Below, one piece after another: positions 9,822 to 17,638 of a stretch of DNA of 32,000 nucleotides; position 1 is the first letter of the stretch; each line of letters opens with the position of its first letter. Source of the DNA: Synechococcus sp. A15-28 (GTDB lineage: Bacteria; Cyanobacteriota; Cyanobacteriia; PCC-6307; Cyanobiaceae); contig NZ_CP047931.1 in NCBI RefSeq assembly GCF_014280175.1, positions 1,890,001 through 1,922,000 on the forward strand, given 5' to 3'. Below the pieces are notes generated by a model, which made no database searches, was not told where the DNA came from, and saw only the letters and a list, made by a program, of their open reading frames with translations. The translations under genes were made by a program, and so were the position numbers.

Positions 9822-11048
9822 ATGGCGGTCGTCTCTCTGCCAGCAAGAGCTGCCATTCACCAAGTAGTTACAGCTCTGCGATCCGCAGATTCACTCCATC
9901 CCAACGGCGACACGGTTTTCCTCTCTTTTGCCGATGTTCCGTCGATCGACGTCTTGGCTTTCCTCGGTGCCTGGGGCCTGATGACTCGGAGCTCTGGCAC
10001 CACCATCAAACTGCGGGGAGAAGCCAAAACACTCGCGGCGCTTCAGCTGATGGGATTCCATCAGCTTCTCGATATTCCACCTTCAAGCACCAAAGCCAAC
10101 GTTCAACCTGCCAAGGCATCCACGGTTGGCATGCTGCCCCTCTCACCAATTGCCACGGAAGAACAGCAATACGAAGCCGTTGATGCCATCTGCGCTATCG
10201 CCCTGGCCGCCATCGACAACGCCGCCGCGTTCATCCCAGCCCTGGAATGGCTGGCCAACGAAATCCTCGGCAACATCCTTACCCACGCAGCATCAGAAAC
10301 ACCCGGCGTGGTCTGCGCTCAGTACCGCCCCAAGCAGCAACGCTTCGAGATCGGCATCTGCGACATGGGTCGGGGGCTGCTGGGATCCTTACAACCCGCG
10401 TTCCCAGAGGTACGTAGCTACGGCCAGGCAATTGACAAAGCGATCGAGCGCGGCGCGACTCGTGATCCCGCTATCGGTCAGGGCAATGGCATGGCCGGCT
10501 CCTTCGAGATCGTGCGCCTCAACGGCGGCACCTATCAGATCTGGACCGGTGATGTCGTCTACGAACTCAACAAAGGCAAGCGCCGCCCCGGTTTCCAGGC
10601 CATGCCGTCTGTCCTCGGGACAGGAGTGATGTTCTCGCTCGACACCAGCAAACCCGTTGATCTCGCCAGCACCTGGATCGCCTCCAATTCAGGGGTGGAA
10701 TGCCTCTTCCTCAATCTCCTCACGGAATCCGCCAGCGACAGCGGACTCGATGTCGCCGCTGAATGTCTCCACACCGGTGGGCGCGCCCCCGCCAAGCTGC
10801 TGCGCCGGAAAATCCAGGGGTTGCTGCCTGCCATGGAGGGCGAACCGCTGATCCTTGATTTCTCAGGTGTGAAATCAGCAGCCAGCAGCTTCCTCGATGA
10901 GCTGCTTGGTCGGCTCGCTGCAGAAGACCCGCGCGGGCAGGCGATCTTCGATGGAGCAGTGCGCATTCAAGGGATGAATCCCACTGTGCAAGCCATGGCC
11001 AATGTGGTGGTGGCGCAGCGGTTGAGGGGGTCGGTGCAAGCCCAATAA
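9822..11048 (+). CDS. GHKL/HATPase protein flanked by N-terminal STAS-like and C-terminal DUF4325-like STAS domains; fourth gene of the defence-like operon
   Basis: 408 aa. N box ANEILGNILTHA, G1 box ICDMGRGL, G2-like box GQGNGMAG; N-terminal GDTVFLSFADVPSIDVLAFLGAWG; C-terminal EPLILDFSGVKSAASSFLDELLGRL, typical of DUF4325 STAS-like domains. The ATG starts 1 nt after the methyltransferase TGA. Confidence 0.8.
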   Translation: MAVVSLPARAAIHQVVTALRSADSLHPNGDTVFLSFADVPSIDVLAFLGAWGLMTRSSGTTIKLRGEAKTLAALQLMGFHQLLDIPPSSTKANVQPAKASTVGMLPLSPIATEEQQYEAVDAICAIALAAIDNAAAFIPALEWLANEILGNILTHAASETPGVVCAQYRPKQQRFEIGICDMGRGLLGSLQPAFPEVRSYGQAIDKAIERGATRDPAIGQGNGMAGSFEIVRLNGGTYQIWTGDVVYELNKGKRRPGFQAMPSVLGTGVMFSLDTSKPVDLASTWIASNSGVECLFLNLLTESASDSGLDVAAECLHTGGRAPAKLLRRKIQGLLPAMEGEPLILDFSGVKSAASSFLDELLGRLAAEDPRGQAIFDGAVRIQGMNPTVQAMANVVVAQRLRGSVQAQ

Positions 11049-11066
11049 ACCTTGCCCATTAGGGCA

Positions 11067-11393
11067 TCACTCCCCCGCCTGAATCTCACGCACCACCTCA
11101 TCGATCTGATCACTCAGATCAATCTCACCGTTCTGGCCAGCCAGCTCAGCAAAACAGCGCCCCTGTGGCAACAAACGGCTCTGCGCTGAACCCACCGCCG
11201 CGTTGAAGCTCTTGTTCAGGCGATTCAAATGGCTGCCGATGTCGTTGAACTTGTGGAGCAAGATCAAAAAGTCGACCAGAGCAAATCCGAAATTAAAGAG
11301 CCCTTCAGGAACACAACTCCACTCCAGATCCATTACACAAAGCATCAACAAAAGATGCCTGATCAAGGTAATAACAGGACCAGAAAGAGCCAA
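11067..11393 (-). pseudogene. Possible remnant of an RmuC-like DNA recombination protein C-terminus
   Basis: The C-terminal part LLHKFNDIGSHLNRLNKSFNAAVGSAQSRLLPQGRCFAELAG resembles the RmuC tail pattern (kvGk.LdrA..sYNkAVGSLESRVLp.aRkFkELG). The N-terminal part does not match and the only long start is TTG. Confidence 0.4.
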
Positions 11394-11394
11394 A

Positions 11395-11775
11395 TCACTC
11401 CTCCTTGCGATTTTTTATAGGCAACCAATCCTCTGTGTAGGTGGTCTTCCACCTTGCTTTTCTCCACCTTGCCAACATGACCTCTCCCCCATACCTCTTG
11501 ATGAGGTCATGGAGCGTTATGCCACCAAGGTCACAACCATCAACGGGACAAGCAAGGATAAAGGTATCGCCTTTACGGGCATATCCCATAACCGCTTTGT
11601 GCTTCCCGCACCTTGGGCACACACACCTGTATGTTTCTTTCCCATTGAAGTTGTCTCTTCGTTTAATCCCATTCAATCTGTGAGACATCTCCAAAAAGAA
11701 TGGATACTCAATATGCAAATCTGTTCTGAACTTGTATCCCATAAGATTACTCCTATTGTTACTGATTGCTAACAT
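11395..11775 (-). CDS. Small zinc-ribbon protein of mobile-element type
   Basis: 126 aa. Paired cysteines CVCPRCGKHKAVMGYARKGDTFILACPVDGCDLGG, resembling primase/TOPRIM-associated zinc ribbons; AT-rich region. Start codon uncertain. Confidence 0.6.
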   Translation of the reverse strand: MLAISNNRSNLMGYKFRTDLHIEYPFFLEMSHRLNGIKRRDNFNGKETYRCVCPRCGKHKAVMGYARKGDTFILACPVDGCDLGGITLHDLIKRYGGEVMLARWRKARWKTTYTEDWLPIKNRKEE

Positions 11776-12009
11776 TCAGCTGTATTTAACACCCAAACTC
11801 TTATAGATAGAGTGGGCATGTGATTTTTGGACTCTTAAAGAACTTAGAGGCCCTTAAGGGTCGCCATAAAGAGTCCCCTTAAAGGCCAAAAGACATAAAT
11901 ACAAAAAGAATGTCATTTAAAATGTAGATACCTTGTGCATCTAAGACGTATTCCAAAGAGAGGCACTACTGCCCTTGTTATCATCCATAGCAAATCTATT
12001 TACCAAATC

Positions 12010-12183
12010 ATGAGCATTAAGACACCAACTAAGCAAGATACTTTTACTATCTCCTACCAAAGACAAGAAGCAAAGAAGGTGATAGGAATGGAATATGAGT
12101 TAATGGAGCACTTTGGTTTTAACCGATCACAACTCCATAAGAACCTAGTCAGAGATGCCTACAGAAAAATGTCGATGCTTTGA
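12010..12183 (+). CDS. Small hypothetical protein, possibly a DNA-binding regulator
   Basis: Internal ATG in the 11935..12183 ORF gives MSIKTPTKQDTFTISYQRQEAKKVIGMEYELMEHFGFNRSQLHKNLVRDAYRKMSML. Assignment rests on coding plausibility only. Confidence 0.35.
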   Translation: MSIKTPTKQDTFTISYQRQEAKKVIGMEYELMEHFGFNRSQLHKNLVRDAYRKMSML

Positions 12184-12213
12184 TCAAAATAATACCGAAG
12201 TCACGAACAACAA

Positions 12214-12519
12214 TCAGTAGAGTTGGATATGAATGATATGCAGCTGATCTTCTATACTGTTGTAATCCTGAATTTTTTGCATTAGAGGAATCATACTTTC
12301 CTCTTTTACATTCCACGTAGTTGTAACGCCGCCATTACTCCCCTGCCATTCAGCACCATCACCAAGACTTTTCATAATATCGTCAATATCATCCCTTTCA
12401 TCCAGAAAGATCTTTTGACGCTTCTCTTCGTCAGCAAAAACGGCAATTAAATCTTCGGTCTTGTTGTCATAATCACAATAAAGACAAAGGCAATAGGTCC
12501 TGGAATTCGTTTTAGACAT
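12214..12519 (-). CDS. Hypothetical protein
   Basis: 101 aa ORF in an AT-rich accessory region with ordinary amino acid composition (MSKTNSRTYCLCLYCDYDNKTEDLIAVFADEEKRQ...). Confidence 0.5.
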   Translation of the reverse strand: MSKTNSRTYCLCLYCDYDNKTEDLIAVFADEEKRQKIFLDERDDIDDIMKSLGDGAEWQGSNGGVTTTWNVKEESMIPLMQKIQDYNSIEDQLHIIHIQLY

Positions 12520-12850
12520 AATAAATAATTAGAAATACGCTTGGTATCGAAATTTACCGATTCAATCTCGAAAGAAACTTGCTAGAAATCAATTGCAGAC
12601 AAGAGCGCCCGAGGAGCGAAGGCTTAGAGGGCAAAAGGTATTTAGTTTGTATCAAGCGGAAGGATGAATCCTTTATTTCGATGAGTTGATTATAGCACTT
12701 TTTCACTAAAAGAGCAACATTCAAACCTTCATGCTTACCCATTGGCCTTCTTCCTACTTGTTAGTCCTGGGCAATGACTCCATAGCAATCCATCTATTCA
12801 GCGTTAAAAGAAGCACCCCTTATCCAGGTCAGTGAGGCGAAGGATAATGC

Positions 12851-13228
12851 TCAAGGCACCATCCAGTCGTCTTCTCCCATCTCAACGCCTGCAAGGAGTT
12901 CAGCCGCAGCAGCGATCTTTCCTTGATCACTGATCCAGTGAGCGGCAGCATCAAACTGCCGCTTGTTCATGCGCTCAAGACCTACCTCCCTGTGCAGATC
13001 GCTGAACTCTTGGGCACAACGCAGCATCAGGCATTTGAGCAGCAGGTAGTGGTCGTCAATGGAGGAGTCCTCGAATACCTCCCTCACGATCCCGTTGGCG
13101 ACTGAGCTGTAGTACTGCTTGGTCGTTTTTTTATATGCCTTTTTCTTAGCAGCAGACTTCTGTGCTTTACGAAGCAGGTGCTCCAGGTCCTTGTCGGATG
13201 GAACGAGGTTGTCGTCTGCACTTCTCAT
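12851..13228 (-). CDS. Hypothetical protein translationally coupled to the integrase
   Basis: The ATG (13226-13228 on the minus strand) overlaps the integrase TGA (13228-13230) as TGATG. Product MRSADDNLVPSDKDLEHLLRKAQKSAAKKKAYKK... is charged. Confidence 0.6.
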   Translation of the reverse strand: MRSADDNLVPSDKDLEHLLRKAQKSAAKKKAYKKTTKQYYSSVANGIVREVFEDSSIDDHYLLLKCLMLRCAQEFSDLHREVGLERMNKRQFDAAAHWISDQGKIAAAAELLAGVEMGEDDWMVP

Positions 13229-14499
13229 CAGATGCACAACCCATACTGCTGGAGCAGTTCTCCCCACTGCTCTAGAAACTCCCAACGTTCATCGAGATAT
13301 TCAGCACCGTCATAGGCCTTGCCACAAGCACCTTTAGGCAGATGCCCCATCTGACGCTCAATCACCACCTCTCGTGCCTTGAGGACATCGACTCCATAGG
13401 TGCGGGCAACTCTTCTCCAGCCATGAGCTCGCTGTATTCCCCGGTAGCCAAGAGCAATGAGATAACTATTTGGAGCACCAGGATCGAGATGGGGACGTTG
13501 ACCCACCTGAATTTGGGGGAATACAAAAGTGCCTTTGCCATGCAACTGCTCCATCTGATCCAACAGAGACCGGATAGAAGCCGTCAACGGCACCACATGC
13601 TGAATGTCATCGCTTTTCCCCTTTCTGCGCTTCAACCCAGGTGTGTCGCCTGGAATTGCGATGACATCTGGGGTCACCCAGTCCCACTGCAGACGAGTCA
13701 AGCTGCCTGCACGCAAAAACGTCAAAAGCATCAACTTTGTTGCCGCAACCGTGGTGGCGTGGACGTTGGGACGATTTAAAGAGATGTCCTCAAGCAATTT
13801 GGGGACTTGATCCCACTCCACACAGGGATGATGCTTCGAGCTACTAGTTGGTGAGTCATCACCGACTAAACGAACGGCTGGATTCTCGCCACGACGCATC
13901 CAATCCCTGCCTTCAGCGAGATTGAAACACTGCTTTAAAAGGTTTTGACATCGACGAGCCAAATCCCCCTTACCATTCACTCCAATAACATCAATTGCAT
14001 CCATGACGATCTTCCTCCCACCATTGCTCCATTCAAGTGAACGAATGGGTGTTGACGGGGAGATGATGGTCACCACTTGTTCGAGCTTCAGACGATATTC
14101 CCTGACAGTTGCAGGCTTAATGGTGCGCTCTTTAAGCTCTAAAAACTTATCGACAACAAAAGAGAGTACTTTTTCCTCTTGAATTGACTGCTTTTGGATC
14201 TTCCAAAAGTCGCCAGGATCTCGGTCATTCTCAAGAGACCATTGCTTGATCTCGCTCCACTTCTGATGGGCAGATACAAGGGTGAATTGACCTGGTTTTT
14301 CTCCAAAAACGCCAATCTGGCACTCTTTCGAGACAGGCTTCGATTGGCCTGGAAGCCTCCGCTGCATCCTGCCAACAAAGTAAATACTCCCTTTGCTTGA
14401 GCGAGGGTCACGTACGGCAAGCAACCCATTGCCGCAGGCCCGCCGAGTCTTGTGATCCAGGAGAGATAACTCCTGGATCTGCTTCTTGGTTTTGATCAT
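13228..14499 (-). CDS. Tyrosine-family site-specific recombinase/integrase
   Basis: 423 aa. Catalytic-domain signatures LTFLRAGSLTRLQWDWV (Arg), RAHGWRRVARTYGV (His-x-x-Arg), RQMGHLP..., C-terminal KAYDGAEYLDERWEFLEQWGE (Tyr). Confidence 0.88.
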   Translation of the reverse strand: MIKTKKQIQELSLLDHKTRRACGNGLLAVRDPRSSKGSIYFVGRMQRRLPGQSKPVSKECQIGVFGEKPGQFTLVSAHQKWSEIKQWSLENDRDPGDFWKIQKQSIQEEKVLSFVVDKFLELKERTIKPATVREYRLKLEQVVTIISPSTPIRSLEWSNGGRKIVMDAIDVIGVNGKGDLARRCQNLLKQCFNLAEGRDWMRRGENPAVRLVGDDSPTSSSKHHPCVEWDQVPKLLEDISLNRPNVHATTVAATKLMLLTFLRAGSLTRLQWDWVTPDVIAIPGDTPGLKRRKGKSDDIQHVVPLTASIRSLLDQMEQLHGKGTFVFPQIQVGQRPHLDPGAPNSYLIALGYRGIQRAHGWRRVARTYGVDVLKAREVVIERQMGHLPKGACGKAYDGAEYLDERWEFLEQWGELLQQYGLCI

Positions 14500-14511
14500 G
14501 AGACTTCTCCC

Positions 14512-14700
14512 TTACGCTACGCAAGAGAGACGCTTCAAATAATCGTCAATATCGTCAACAGCCCAACGCACCATCCGCGAACCAATCTTGAGAGGGCGAG
14601 GGAAATCCCCCGCATCCATGCTTCGATAAATCGTGGAGCGAGACATGGAGACCAGGACACTAACCTCTTTCAAGGTCAGCAACTTCTTGTTCAGATTCAT
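14512..14700 (-). CDS. AlpA/MerR-like helix-turn-helix regulator or excisionase
   Basis: From the internal ATG: MNLNKKLLTLKEVSVLVSMSRSTIYRSMDAGDFPRPLKIGSRMVRWAVDDIDDYLKRL, a classic AlpA/phage DNA-binding pattern, directly upstream of the integrase. Confidence 0.88.
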   Translation of the reverse strand: MNLNKKLLTLKEVSVLVSMSRSTIYRSMDAGDFPRPLKIGSRMVRWAVDDIDDYLKRLSCVA

Positions 14701-14850
14701 AATTAGGACAAGTAAATATAAATTAGCCGGAAACTTTATTGCAATCGATCCGACATTTCTTCTCAATTATATCAATATCTGTCAAAATATGCAACGGACT
14801 TGATATCAAACAAGCCTTTGTTCTGGCGTGAATGAGAGTCATTTCGTGTA

Positions 14851-14872
14851 TGTGGGGGAATTTGTGGGGGAA
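14851..14872. repeat. Two direct copies of TGTGGGGGAA (14851-14860 and 14863-14872), the second running into GGGGAAATCCCC
   Basis: Direct reading: tgtgggggaatttgtgggggaaatcccc. Confidence 0.75.
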
Positions 14873-14974
14873 ATCCCCTAGGAGCTGCTGGACTTGATGT
14901 CTTTCCTTCTCCTGCAGTGCCTCTGTGGATCAGTCGGAATCCCTCCCTCTCCGTTCCGGTCCAGATCCGCGGTT

Positions 14975-15880
14975 TCAGCTCTCTTCGGAAGGCATGAAAT
15001 CGCCCAGGGCCCGTGCCAGATCCGGCAAGAGCTGTTCATCCTGAGCGCGGTCACTGCCACTGCCGAAGGCCACGACCATCGTGGGGGGAGCATCCGGCAG
15101 CTGCCACCAGGCAGCGTCATGGCGAGCCTGACTCATCCAACCCGCCTTACTCCAGAGACGGCTCGCTGCAGGTAGGCCTTCCCCGAGAAATCCATCCACC
15201 TGGTTCTCCGGGTCGGCGCGTCGTTGATCGGGATCCAGGGAACGACTGAGCAGGTCCCGCAAGCGCCGGCAGGCGGGTGGTGACACCACAGCGCCGGTCA
15301 TCACCGCTTCCAACATCCGGGCCGTGGACGCGGTGCTCAGCGCATTGCGATTGCCATTGTCTGCGCCATAGAACCGTTTTTCCCGGCCGTAGGGCCCATC
15401 CCCCCAGGTCTTCTGGCAGCAGTTCACGCCATCGAGCTCCGGCCATTCCAGGGTGGCCAGCCAGTCATTCACCAGCCGTCTCTGGCGCTGCCACAGCTCC
15501 CAGCGATCCCCATGCAGCTCGGGACCACTGGTGGTGCCGGTGAGCAGATCCACCACCAATCCCGTGGCGTCATTGCTCGACTCAGCGATCATGTCGCGCA
15601 TCGCGCGCTTGAGTTCGTCGCTGTCGGGGATGAGATCCCGCTGCTGCCAACGCTCGACGGCCACCGCATAGATCAACTTCACCACGCTGGCGGGGTAAAC
15701 CCAGCGCTCCTGATTCCAGGAGGCACCGCGGCCCTCACCAGCCTGGGGGCTGACGTCGTCGTAGCGCACCCAGGTCATGGAGAGGCTGTTGCGCAACCCG
15801 GGACGACCTGCCGCATCCATCCGGTCGAGCACCGACTCCAGATGGGAAGCCATGGCGGAATCGGGACGGTAGAACGCCAT
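14975..15880 (-). CDS. Serine hydrolase / class A beta-lactamase-like protein
   Basis: SxxK motif PASVVKL, SxN-like AESSNDATG, K-[ST]-G-like SKAGW. The start may be the internal ATG at 15853. Confidence 0.75.
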   Translation of the reverse strand: MAFYRPDSAMASHLESVLDRMDAAGRPGLRNSLSMTWVRYDDVSPQAGEGRGASWNQERWVYPASVVKLIYAVAVERWQQRDLIPDSDELKRAMRDMIAESSNDATGLVVDLLTGTTSGPELHGDRWELWQRQRRLVNDWLATLEWPELDGVNCCQKTWGDGPYGREKRFYGADNGNRNALSTASTARMLEAVMTGAVVSPPACRRLRDLLSRSLDPDQRRADPENQVDGFLGEGLPAASRLWSKAGWMSQARHDAAWWQLPDAPPTMVVAFGSGSDRAQDEQLLPDLARALGDFMPSEES

Positions 15881-15897
15881 GACGACAGCGACGAGCC

Positions 15898-16626
15898 ATG
15901 GCGACGTTAAGCACCCTGCTGGCTCCCGACCTCATGCAACCGGGAACGCAGTGGACCCTGTTGAGCGACGTCAATGGCTATGGGCGTCCCGTGGGCCACA
16001 GCCTCACCACCCAGGGCCGCCGTGGTCGCAGCATCCGTCTTTTGGAGTGGAGCAGTGGACGACTGCTGGTGCAGCTGCTGGAGGACGGCTACCGCTGCTG
16101 GATGGACCTCAATGACCTGATCGGTCGAGCGGAGCAACGGCCTGATTGGATGCCCACCTTGCTGCCGGCGATGGAAATCCAGCGGCGACTGCCGGCGGTG
16201 CTGGCCTGGAGCGAACGCGCCGAACAACAGCCCAACCACTACCTCTGGGGCGGAACCACTGAACCCAACATGGATTGCTCAGGCCTGATGCAATTGGCCT
16301 TCGCCAGCGAGGGTGTCTGGATCCCACGAGACGCCTATCAGCAGGAGCGTTTCTGCCAACCGGTGGCCGTTCAGGTGGGTCAACTGCAGCTGCTGCGCCC
16401 GGGAGATCTGATTTTCTTTGGTTCAGCACGGCGTTGCTCCCATGTGGGGCTCTATCTGGGCGATGGGTTCTACCGCCACAGCTCCGGCCGGGAGCATGGC
16501 CGCGACGGGATCGGCGTCGACAGCCTCCACGCAGCGGACCCCCATCCTGTGGCCAGCCACTATCGGGCGGAACTGAGGGGAGCGGGTCGCGTGATGCGTT
16601 GCCACGACGGAACCCCCCTCAGCTGA
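15898..16626 (+). CDS. NlpC/P60 family (C40) peptidase
   Basis: NMDCSGLMQLAFASEGVWIPRDAYQQ (catalytic Cys); GDLIFFGSARRCSHVGLYLGDGFYRHSSG (catalytic His). Confidence 0.85.
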   Translation: MATLSTLLAPDLMQPGTQWTLLSDVNGYGRPVGHSLTTQGRRGRSIRLLEWSSGRLLVQLLEDGYRCWMDLNDLIGRAEQRPDWMPTLLPAMEIQRRLPAVLAWSERAEQQPNHYLWGGTTEPNMDCSGLMQLAFASEGVWIPRDAYQQERFCQPVAVQVGQLQLLRPGDLIFFGSARRCSHVGLYLGDGFYRHSSGREHGRDGIGVDSLHAADPHPVASHYRAELRGAGRVMRCHDGTPLS

Positions 16627-16675
16627 ACCCAGCGGCGGGTCGGCTTAGGTTGCAGCGATCAGTAGACCCTGAGGC

Positions 16676-17638
16676 ATGAGCACACCCCTGGACCTGTCCG
16701 TGGTGGTGCCCCTCTACAACGAGGAGGAAAGCCTGCCCCATCTGGTGGAGCAGTTGCTTCAGGCGCTGAGACCCAGCAGCGAACGTTTCGAACTGGTGTT
16801 GGTCAACGACGGCTCCAGCGACCGAACCGCTGAGGTCCTGGAGCAGATCAGCCGGGAGGTCCCGGAATTGGTGGCGGTGCTGCTGCGCAAGAACTACGGC
16901 CAGACCGCCGCTATGGCCGCCGGGTTTGATGTCGCCCAGGGCGAGGTGATCGTGAGCCTCGATGGCGACCTGCAGAACGATCCTGCCGACATCCCGATGC
17001 TGCTGGCCAAACTGCGGCAGGGCTATGACCTGGTGAGCGGCTGGCGCCATCAGCGCCAGGACGCTGCTCTGCAACGCAAACTCCCCTCCCGCATCGCCAA
17101 CCGCCTGATCGGGCGCGTCACCGGCGTGAAGCTGCACGACTACGGCTGCTCCCTCAAGGCCTACCGGCGGGAGGTGCTTTCAGATATGCGCCTCTACGGC
17201 GAGCTGCATCGCTTCCTGCCGGCGCTGGCCTTCATCGAGGGGGCCCGGATCACCGAGGTGAAGGTGAATCACCGGGCCCGCCAATTCGGCAGCAGCAAAT
17301 ACGGCATCGACCGCACCTTCCGGGTGCTGATGGACCTGCTGACGGTGTGGTTCATGAAACGCTTCCTCACCCGTCCGATGTACGTCTTCGGGTTCGGGGG
17401 ACTGATCGCCATGTTCGGCAGCCTTGTAGCCAGCACCTATCTCCTGGCGGTGAAGCTGATGGGTGGAGACATCGGCAACCGCCCCCTTCTCACCCTCGCG
17501 GTTGTGCTGGGGCTGGCGGGGATTCAGTTGTTCTGCTTCGGCCTGCTGGGGGAACTGCTGATCCGCACTTATCACGAAAGTCAGGGACGACCGATCTACC
17601 GCATCCGCGACACATTGCGCGGTGGCCGCACCGGCTGA
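16676..17638 (+). CDS. Family 2 glycosyltransferase (DPM1/GtrB-like) with C-terminal transmembrane segments
   Basis: LSVVVPLYNEEESLPHLVEQL, VNDGSSDRT, VSLDGDLQNDP, C-terminal hydrophobic helices. Confidence 0.9.
   Translation: MSTPLDLSVVVPLYNEEESLPHLVEQLLQALRPSSERFELVLVNDGSSDRTAEVLEQISREVPELVAVLLRKNYGQTAAMAAGFDVAQGEVIVSLDGDLQNDPADIPMLLAKLRQGYDLVSGWRHQRQDAALQRKLPSRIANRLIGRVTGVKLHDYGCSLKAYRREVLSDMRLYGELHRFLPALAFIEGARITEVKVNHRARQFGSSKYGIDRTFRVLMDLLTVWFMKRFLTRPMYVFGFGGLIAMFGSLVASTYLLAVKLMGGDIGNRPLLTLAVVLGLAGIQLFCFGLLGELLIRTYHESQGRPIYRIRDTLRGGRTG

Larger units (their letters stand above)
11067..14953. mobile_element. AT-rich integration module (alpA-like, int, accessory small ORFs); probably the right end of a genomic island that may include the upstream operon
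   Basis: Integrase-AlpA pair, compositional shift to AT-rich sequence, small unassignable ORFs and a flanking putative tRNA-Ser 3' fragment. The left boundary is not visible. Confidence 0.6.

Noticed and set aside
1-11048. Interpretation as canonical class 1 DISARM (drmD-drmMI-drmA-drmB-drmC)
   Set aside because: Separate DrmA, DrmB and PLD-type DrmC genes are not seen. Helicase C-terminal motifs, DUF1998 region and nuclease tail are in one polypeptide, which fits Druantia/ARMADA-like helicases better. The sequence left of the window is unseen, so this rejection is provisional.
11053-11066. Short inverted repeat TGCCC-ATTA-GGGCA after the GHKL gene as a terminator
   Set aside because: The stem is only 5 bp and has no following T tract on the plus strand, too weak to call.
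11203-11772. Plus-strand ORF of 189 aa opposite the zinc-ribbon gene
   Set aside because: The opposite strand encodes a clear four-cysteine zinc ribbon, while this frame shows no domain-like pattern.
12541-12850. CRISPR or retron-like noncoding element in the AT-rich spacer upstream of 12554..12742
   Set aside because: I saw no regular repeat-spacer pattern and no reverse transcriptase. The 62-aa minus-strand ORF here also lacks support.
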